Assembly (NCBI GenBank): GCA_964638945.1
Contig: CAZXCC010000001.1
Location: 47,945-111,944, forward strand
DNA length: 64,000 bases
Reading direction: 5' to 3'
Source of the DNA: an uncultured Veillonellaceae bacterium
GTDB lineage: Bacteria > Bacillota > Negativicutes > UBA1444
Shown here: positions 18,929 through 25,728 of the stretch, in pieces
How the letters are laid out: each line of letters begins with the position of its first letter
Position numbering within the stretch: the first letter of the stretch is position 1
Notes under the pieces: model-generated
What the model saw: only the letters and a program-made list of their open reading frames with translations
What the model was told of the DNA's origin: nothing
The model's database searches: none
Made by a program: the position numbers and the translations under genes

Positions 18929-20061
18929 TGGGAGATATGCGTCGAATTCCCTGTGTAATTTTGCGTGGCGGCACAAGCAAAGGGATATATCTGAAATCCA
19001 ACCATCTGCCTCAGGATAAAGAAGCGCGGGACAAAGTCATTCTGGAGATTTTTGGCAGTCCGGATGTCCGACAGATTGACGGATTGGCCGGCGCCGACCC
19101 ATTGACAAGCAAAGTGGCAATCATTGGGCCGTCCACTCATCCCGGAGCCGATGTGGACTATACCTTTGGCCAGGTCAGCATCAACGCACCCTATATTGAC
19201 TATTCCGGAAACTGCGGCAATATTTCGTCGGGGGTGGGGCCGTTTGCAATCGACGAAGGTTTTGTCGCTGCGACCGGTTCCATGACCACAGTTCGGATTC
19301 ACAACACCAATACGGGAAAAATTCTGATTGCCGAAGTTCCGACGGAAGACGGTCTCGCAAAAGTAAACGGCGACTGCAAGATCGACGGAGTACCCGGTAC
19401 CGGCGCCCAAATCATGATGGACTTTTCCGGCACGGCGGGTTCGGTGACAAACAAACTGCTGCCGACAGGCAATCCTGTTGATACCATCAACACCAGCGCC
19501 GGCCCTTTGCAAATTTCGATCGTGGATGTGTCCAATCCCTGCGTGTTTGTCAGAGCAAAAGATGTGGGCATGAAAGGCGGCGAGACGCCCCAGGAAGTCA
19601 ACGGGAATCCGAAATTGCTGGGTCTCATGGAGGAAATCCGTGCCCAGGCCTGCGTGATGATCGGCATGGCGCCGGATGTGGCTACCGCCACAGCCAAGAG
19701 CCCGGCATTCCCAATGGTGGCCTATGTGTCCCCTGCGGCGGATTATGTTGATTTCACCACAGGCAAGACCATCAGCAAAGATCAGATCGATTTCATTTCC
19801 CGCATGATGTTCATGCAGGTGCTGCACAAAACCTACCCGGGAACCGGCACGGCATGTACCGGCGCAGCGGCGAAAATTCCGGGAACAATTGTCAACGAAG
19901 CAATCCCGCATATTGACTCCATCAAGATTATCCGCATCGGGCATCCGGCAGGAGTGATCGAGATTGAGGCCGCTTTTGAAAAAGGCGAGTTGTCAAGGGC
20001 TGCGTTTGCCCGAACGGCAAGGCGCATTATGGAAGGGTACGTCTACGTCAGAAATTCGTGA
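18928..20061 (+). CDS. mii: 3-methylitaconate delta-isomerase (PrpF family)
   Basis: PrpF-like N-terminus IPCVILRGGTSKG; 377 aa; TAATG overlap with mgm. Confidence 0.75.
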   Translation: MGDMRRIPCVILRGGTSKGIYLKSNHLPQDKEARDKVILEIFGSPDVRQIDGLAGADPLTSKVAIIGPSTHPGADVDYTFGQVSINAPYIDYSGNCGNISSGVGPFAIDEGFVAATGSMTTVRIHNTNTGKILIAEVPTEDGLAKVNGDCKIDGVPGTGAQIMMDFSGTAGSVTNKLLPTGNPVDTINTSAGPLQISIVDVSNPCVFVRAKDVGMKGGETPQEVNGNPKLLGLMEEIRAQACVMIGMAPDVATATAKSPAFPMVAYVSPAADYVDFTTGKTISKDQIDFISRMMFMQVLHKTYPGTGTACTGAAAKIPGTIVNEAIPHIDSIKIIRIGHPAGVIEIEAAFEKGELSRAAFARTARRIMEGYVYVRNS

Positions 20062-20083
20062 TTCATACGGGGAGTGAAAAGAC

Positions 20084-21520
20084 ATGAAGGCAAACCTTCT
20101 CGTATATGATGTCGGCAGCACCTACACCAAACTGACCGCTTTCCAGCTGGAAAAAGGCGTTCTGGATTATGTTGGCCGTTCCCAGTCCCCGACGACGATT
20201 CAGGATATTGAAATCGGTGTGCAGTCCGCACGGAGTTCGCTCGCGGAACAAGGGTTTGAAATCAGCCGGGATGCTGCTGTGTTTTCTACCAGCAGCGCAG
20301 CCGGCGGCCTCAGAATGGTGGCTCTTGGTTATATGCCGCGGGTTACGGCAAAAGCTGCCAAAGAAGTGGCCATGAGCGCCGGGGCCCGGGTGCTGGAAAT
20401 CGTCAGTTATGAAGATCCGCCGGAATATCGGCTGCAGGTACTTCGGGAAATCAAGCCGGATATCGTTCTCCTCGCTGGCGGCACGGATGGTGGCGATCAG
20501 GATTCCATGCTGGAAAATGCCCGGATCATCGTGCAATCAAAAATCAAGGCCGTCATCATCATTGCCGGGAATAAGGAAGCGCAGGGCGGAGTGGCGGAAA
20601 TCCTGAAACAGGGCGGAGTGGGATATGTCCGCGTGCCAAACGTCATGCCAACAATCCATGAGCTGAAAGTGAAGCCCGCGCGGGAGGCAATCCATGAACA
20701 GTTCATCAAACAGATTACTTTGGCAAAAGGATTAAATAAACTTCTTGATATCGTTTCCGACAAAAAGGTGACTCCGACGCCGGGGGCTGTTCTTTTGGGT
20801 GCAGAATTGCTGGCAAAAGGAACTTTTGAACAGGACGGTGTTGGAGAGGTCCTTGTCATTGACATTGGCGGCGCCACAACCGATATCCATTCCGTGTTGC
20901 CTGACCTTGATAAACTGACAATCGAGGAAAAAGGTCTGGTCATAACGAATGAAAAGCAACCTTCCTACCGGACCGTTGAAGGCAATCTGGGTCTCAGGAT
21001 CAGTGCCACAGGCATCGTGGAGACAGTGGGACCCCAGGGGGTTTTGGCCAAAATCGGCAAAAAGGAGGAAGAGCTGCAGGAAAGACTGACGGAGTACACG
21101 GCTTTCCTGGAAAAGAACCCCGAGCACATCAGCCAGTCTGAAGAAGAAAAGGAATTTGACCTGGCTCTTGCTATTGCCGCCATCGAGGTGGCGCTAAAAA
21201 GACATGCCGGCTATATTTCTCAGGAATTCAATCCGGTTATGGGCATTATTCCGGGAACACCTATCGGCCGAGATCTTCGCCGTGTCAGGCATGTGATCGC
21301 CGTGGGCGGAATCTTTACCCACCGAACTCCGGCAGAAAAATTATATGTATTGGAGCAGGCTTTTGCCAATCCGGGAATCTCGTTGCTTCCTGATGAACCC
21401 CATTTTATAGTGGATGAGCAGTATCTGCTCTACGCGATAGGTGTTCTCGGGCAAAAATACAGTGACGCCTGCCTGGATTTTGCCAGAAGGCAGTTCAATA
21501 TCGAAAAAAAAGGAGACTGA
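20084..21520 (+). CDS. GlmL/MutL-like ASKHA-fold protein, probable B12-mutase reactivating chaperone
   Basis: N-terminal LLVYDVGSTYTKLTAF actin-like phosphate-1 motif; about 480 aa like glutamate mutase GlmL; adjacent to the B12 mutase. Confidence 0.5.
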   Translation: MKANLLVYDVGSTYTKLTAFQLEKGVLDYVGRSQSPTTIQDIEIGVQSARSSLAEQGFEISRDAAVFSTSSAAGGLRMVALGYMPRVTAKAAKEVAMSAGARVLEIVSYEDPPEYRLQVLREIKPDIVLLAGGTDGGDQDSMLENARIIVQSKIKAVIIIAGNKEAQGGVAEILKQGGVGYVRVPNVMPTIHELKVKPAREAIHEQFIKQITLAKGLNKLLDIVSDKKVTPTPGAVLLGAELLAKGTFEQDGVGEVLVIDIGGATTDIHSVLPDLDKLTIEEKGLVITNEKQPSYRTVEGNLGLRISATGIVETVGPQGVLAKIGKKEEELQERLTEYTAFLEKNPEHISQSEEEKEFDLALAIAAIEVALKRHAGYISQEFNPVMGIIPGTPIGRDLRRVRHVIAVGGIFTHRTPAEKLYVLEQAFANPGISLLPDEPHFIVDEQYLLYAIGVLGQKYSDACLDFARRQFNIEKKGD

Positions 21521-21521
21521 C

Positions 21522-22394
21522 ATGAAAAAAACAACGATGCTGAGACAATTGCTGGCTCAGAAAAACATTCTGGTGGCGCCGGGAGCGCATGACGCTCTTT
21601 CGGCAAAAATTGTTGCACAGGCTGGCTTTGATGCGGTCTATTTTACCGGGTACGGTCAGGCGGCAAGCCACTTGGGCGGACCTGACGTCGGACTCATGAC
21701 GATGACCGAAATGGTAATGCGTGCCCGTAATTTTGCGGCTGCAGTCGATATTCCGGTGATTGCCGACGGCGACACGGGGTTCGGCAATGTAATCAACGTG
21801 ATCCGTACAGTAAGGGAATATGAAGCAGCCGGGGTGGCGGCCATACAGCTTGAAGATCAGGTTGCACCGAAGAAATGCGGTCACATGACAGGCAGGCAGG
21901 TTGTGGCGCTGGAAGAAATGGTCGGAAAGATCAAGGCGGCGGTTTCGGCCAGGCAGGATCCTGATTTCGTGATCATCGCCCGTACAGACGCCCGAACGAA
22001 CCTGGGAATTGAAGAAGCGCTGCGTCGAGGGAAGGCGTTTGCCGAAGCCGGTGCGGATGTTCTGTTCATCGAGTCTCCGGAAAGTCTGGAAGAAATGAAA
22101 TTGATCACATCAAGCTTCAATGTTCCTGTATTGGCGAATATGGTCGAAGGGGGCCGTACTCCGCTTATGACGGCAAAAGAACTGCAGGAACTGGGCTACG
22201 GCCTGGTCATCTTCCCCACTTCATCCACATATATTACGGCGCAGGCGGTCACCCGATGCATGCAGGAATTGAAGACCAACGGGACAACAAAAGCGTTGCT
22301 GAACGAGATGATCCCGTTTCAGCAGTTTAACGAACTGGTTGGTTTGCCTGGGGTGCGCGAGATCGAAAACAAATTCCTGCCGCCTCAAAAATAG
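21522..22394 (+). CDS. dml: 2,3-dimethylmalate lyase (isocitrate lyase / PEP mutase superfamily)
   Basis: methylisocitrate-lyase-like sequence, 290 aa; ATG at 21522 with AAAGGAG RBS (the ORF-track start at 21441 is upstream of this). Confidence 0.75.
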   Translation: MKKTTMLRQLLAQKNILVAPGAHDALSAKIVAQAGFDAVYFTGYGQAASHLGGPDVGLMTMTEMVMRARNFAAAVDIPVIADGDTGFGNVINVIRTVREYEAAGVAAIQLEDQVAPKKCGHMTGRQVVALEEMVGKIKAAVSARQDPDFVIIARTDARTNLGIEEALRRGKAFAEAGADVLFIESPESLEEMKLITSSFNVPVLANMVEGGRTPLMTAKELQELGYGLVIFPTSSTYITAQAVTRCMQELKTNGTTKALLNEMIPFQQFNELVGLPGVREIENKFLPPQK

Positions 22395-22413
22395 CCCTGG
22401 AAGGAGGCTGCAT

Positions 22414-23295
22414 ATGAGTTACATGTATTACGCGCCTAGAACCATGTCGGAACTTTTGCAAGTACTGGCCGAAAAGAAGGATGGCGCAATGATCATTGCG
22501 GGTGGAACGGATGTTATGGTCGAAATCCGTGCAGGACATGCGCCACAGAGTCTGGTCGACATTACGAAGATTCCTGAAATGAAAGGAATCAGGCGTGAAG
22601 GGGACAGGATCCACATCGGGCCTGCAACGACTTTTACAGATATCGTGGAATCAAAAATAATCCGTGAGAGTGCTTTTGTGCTGGCTCAGGCGGCTGTATC
22701 TGTTGGTTCTCCCCAGATCCGAAACCGCGGGACTGTTGGCGGAAACATTGTCAAAGGCTCGCCTGCCGCCGACTCGGTTCCGGCTCTGGTAGCGCTCGAA
22801 GCCAGGCTTCGGCTTGTATCCGGGGCTGGTGAAAGGGAACTGGGTATCGAAGAGTTTCTCGTCGGCGTTTGTAAAACAGCCATCCTTCCTGGCGAAGTAT
22901 TGGTCGATATTTCATTCAAGGCTCTGGCCCCAAAGACCGGCAGCGCTTTTGTCAAACTGGGCCGAAGGAATGCGCTCGCTATTTCTCGGGTGAGCGTGGC
23001 CGCAATCATTGGTTACGACGAAGTAGAAATGACCTGTACTGACTGTCGAATTTCCGTGGGCTCTGTGGCAAAAAATCCGTTTCGGGTCAGAACGGCCGAA
23101 GATATCTGGCAGAGCTGCAGTCTTACACATAGCAACCGGGACCTCTGCGTCGAAGCGGCGCTCAGGGAGATTAGCGTGACGCTTGGAGAACGGGCTTCGG
23201 CCGTGTATAAGAAACAGGCGGGTCCTGCCATCATCAGGCGCGCTGTCGATTCGGCGCTGGGACAGGTTTTTGGCGGATGGGAACAAGTTCTCTAA
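22414..23295 (+). CDS. ndhF: nicotinate dehydrogenase FAD-binding subunit (CoxM/XdhB-like)
   Basis: FAD-binding AGGTDVMV motif; 293 aa; GGAGG RBS. Confidence 0.8.
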   Translation: MSYMYYAPRTMSELLQVLAEKKDGAMIIAGGTDVMVEIRAGHAPQSLVDITKIPEMKGIRREGDRIHIGPATTFTDIVESKIIRESAFVLAQAAVSVGSPQIRNRGTVGGNIVKGSPAADSVPALVALEARLRLVSGAGERELGIEEFLVGVCKTAILPGEVLVDISFKALAPKTGSAFVKLGRRNALAISRVSVAAIIGYDEVEMTCTDCRISVGSVAKNPFRVRTAEDIWQSCSLTHSNRDLCVEAALREISVTLGERASAVYKKQAGPAIIRRAVDSALGQVFGGWEQVL

Positions 23296-23348
23296 GCTGA
23301 AGATAGAGACATATTTCCATAGTTTTCTCTAATATAGTTTTTGGACAT

Positions 23349-23362
23349 CATTCGGCCGAATG
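23349..23362. promoter_or_regulatory. perfect 14-bp palindrome CATTCGGCCGAATG upstream of MFS transporter gene; candidate operator
   Basis: read directly. Confidence 0.4.
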
Positions 23363-23447
23363 AAAGGAGTGATTTAGCGCCGCAGAAATGAACAGCAATT
23401 CACTACCAGCAGTAATTATTTCGTAATAAAAAAGGGGGCTCTCAGAG

Positions 23448-24806
23448 ATGTCAACAAAGACAATCACCGCCGAAGAACTAGTCGGCCGGATGGAACGGCT
23501 GCCGTTCTCACGGATGCACAAGAAGATTTATTCCCTGACAGCGGCAGGGTATCTGTTTGATGCATTCGACATTATGCTGCTCAGTTTCGTCATGCCCGCA
23601 CTGGCAAAAGACCTTGGCCTGACGCCGGTGCAAATCGGACTGTCTTTCAGTGTATCCTTCCTGGGCATGTTCGGTGGAGCGCTTTCCGGGGGTATACTGG
23701 CCGACATGTTTGGCAGGTTGAAAATTTTCAAAGTCACGTTGCTTACTTTTTCTGCGGCAACTTTCTTGACCGGCTTCGTAAATAGCTATGAAATGCTGCT
23801 GGTGTTGCGTTTCTTGACTGGTCTCGGTCTGGGGGCGGAACAGCCTGTCGTATTTACATATAACAGTGAAATGATGCCCAGTGCATACCGCGGTCGTCTC
23901 AACGGCATGACTGAAGCTCTCTGGGGCGGCGGAGTGCTGACGGCAGCTGCAGTCTCGCTTTTGCTGGTTCCAACTTACGGCTGGCGCGCAGCGTTTTTCG
24001 CCGGCGTAATTCCTGCCCTGCTGGTCTGGTTCCTGCGCAAAGGAATTCCTGAGTCTCCCCGCTGGTACGTCGTAAAAGGCGATTACAAAGCGGCGGAAGA
24101 ACATCTCTCGCAACTCGAACAAGCCATTGAAGCGGAAACGGGCACGAAACTTCCTGCAGTTCAGGAAGTTGCCAAGGTGCAATCGCAAACCGGCAACAAG
24201 ATGTCTGTCATCTTTAAGCCGACCTATATCCGCCGCACGATGATGCTGTGGATTCTCTGGTTCTTCCTCATGTTCGGGTACTGGGGCCTGAACACCTGGC
24301 TGCCGACGTTGCTGAAAAATTCGGGTTATTCGACATTTGCTGCCATAGGGTATGTGTTGGTTATGAACCTGGTCTGGATTCCGAGCGGTCTGTTTGGTTC
24401 CTATCTTGCGGATAAGATAGGTCGAAAAGTTCCGATTGTGGTGTACCTGATCCTTGCTGGAATCACAGGCGTTCTGTATGGCTGGGCCCTGACCCACAAG
24501 ATGCCGGAGACGATCATGCTGGCGTGCGGTTCGCTATCGGTACTGTTTTTGGCGGGTGCTTACTCTGTCGTATATGCTTATACACCGGAGAACTATCCGA
24601 CAGAAGTGCGCGGCACAGGAACCGGAACGGCGATGTCCTGGGGTCGTATCGGCGGTATTTTGGCGCCTACGGTCGTCGGTTATCTGTATCCGATCATTGG
24701 CCTTTACATGACACTGACAGTCGTCAGTTTGGGCTTTGTAGCCGCAGCTTTGGGAGTTGCATTCCTTGGGACAGAGACGAAAGGCAAAAACCTGGAATCT
24801 TGCTGA
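23448..24806 (+). CDS. MFS transporter (aromatic acid / niacin NiaP-like subfamily), candidate nicotinate importer
   Basis: 12 predicted TM segments, MFS signature GRLKIFK; adjacency to nicotinate cluster. Confidence 0.7.
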   Translation: MSTKTITAEELVGRMERLPFSRMHKKIYSLTAAGYLFDAFDIMLLSFVMPALAKDLGLTPVQIGLSFSVSFLGMFGGALSGGILADMFGRLKIFKVTLLTFSAATFLTGFVNSYEMLLVLRFLTGLGLGAEQPVVFTYNSEMMPSAYRGRLNGMTEALWGGGVLTAAAVSLLLVPTYGWRAAFFAGVIPALLVWFLRKGIPESPRWYVVKGDYKAAEEHLSQLEQAIEAETGTKLPAVQEVAKVQSQTGNKMSVIFKPTYIRRTMMLWILWFFLMFGYWGLNTWLPTLLKNSGYSTFAAIGYVLVMNLVWIPSGLFGSYLADKIGRKVPIVVYLILAGITGVLYGWALTHKMPETIMLACGSLSVLFLAGAYSVVYAYTPENYPTEVRGTGTGTAMSWGRIGGILAPTVVGYLYPIIGLYMTLTVVSLGFVAAALGVAFLGTETKGKNLESC

Positions 24807-24822
24807 CCTAAGAAAACCAAGT

Positions 24823-24877
24823 AAGAAAGCAGGAAGCGTTTCTCGGGAGAGGAACGACATCCTGCTTTCTTTTTTTT
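24823..24877. terminator. bidirectional rho-independent terminator (12-bp stem AAGAAAGCAGGA/TCCTGCTTTCTT plus T-run) between convergent genes
   Basis: perfect stem plus TTTTTTT. Confidence 0.7.
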
Positions 24878-24908
24878 ACGCTATTTCATGTGAATCTAAC
24901 GATAAAAC

Positions 24909-25553
24909 CTACTGCACGATAACGATGCCAGCCAGTACGCCTTTGGGAACACAGGCAGGGTCGGCTCCGCTGCCGATGGGATAAATATCCCAGCCGACAG
25001 AGGCTGCAAGCTTATATACATCAATCCCGACGGCTTCCATGGACGGGCGTGAGGTGAGAGCAAAACGGCATTTTTTTCCTTCCATGGCCGCGCAGGTTTC
25101 CTGCAAACCGCAGAAGCTATGACGGCAGGAACCGGCGCCAAAACCGAAGGCAAGGTAGTGGCCATCATAAAAAGCCAGAGATTCAATCGCGCTGACGGTT
25201 TTGAACACTTGCAGGTAGGCTGCGACACGTTCCTTGATGGTAGACTTGTTGCGGACGATGACTTCCGGCTCGACATCCAAGGTGAAAAAGACTGCCCACT
25301 CGTATTTTTTCAGATGTTCACGCAGTTCTGCCGGTTTCAGCGTATTTGGAGGGCAATGGGCACTCGCGCCGTAACCGAAGCAACGGGGAATCTGGCATTT
25401 CAGCACGACCCGTTCATCTACGGGAATGGCATTGGCTCGAATGATAATGGATCGGCTGGCTCCAAGCTCCAACGCTTTTTGTTCATAACGTTTGAGATGT
25501 TCCGGAAGCAGTGACTGGTTCATGTCAGTGGCAATTTTCTTCAAAAAATCCAT
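24909..25553 (-). CDS. DUF2284-like predicted metal-binding protein
   Basis: Cys-rich conserved hypothetical; start ATG after GGGAGGA RBS (the ORF track extends to 25598). Confidence 0.5.
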   Translation of the reverse strand: MDFLKKIATDMNQSLLPEHLKRYEQKALELGASRSIIIRANAIPVDERVVLKCQIPRCFGYGASAHCPPNTLKPAELREHLKKYEWAVFFTLDVEPEVIVRNKSTIKERVAAYLQVFKTVSAIESLAFYDGHYLAFGFGAGSCRHSFCGLQETCAAMEGKKCRFALTSRPSMEAVGIDVYKLAASVGWDIYPIGSGADPACVPKGVLAGIVIVQ

Positions 25554-25728
25554 TATATCGTCCTCCCTGATGGTTTTGTATCCTGTTTCTCTTATCAACT
25601 TGTTCCTGGGGATATTGTAACATTGTTTTGAAATTTGGTGGAGTGAATTCCAAACTTGCCGGTTGCTGTCACATGATTCCGAAAACTTGAAGGATTTTAA
25701 TCGAACCCCTTTTGGTATATACTGAATA

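Noticed and set aside
17888-19944. Long minus-strand ORFs (17888..18976, 18799..19944) opposite mgm and mii
   Set aside because: Antisense to strongly supported genes; composition biased (F/H/R-rich); no start context.
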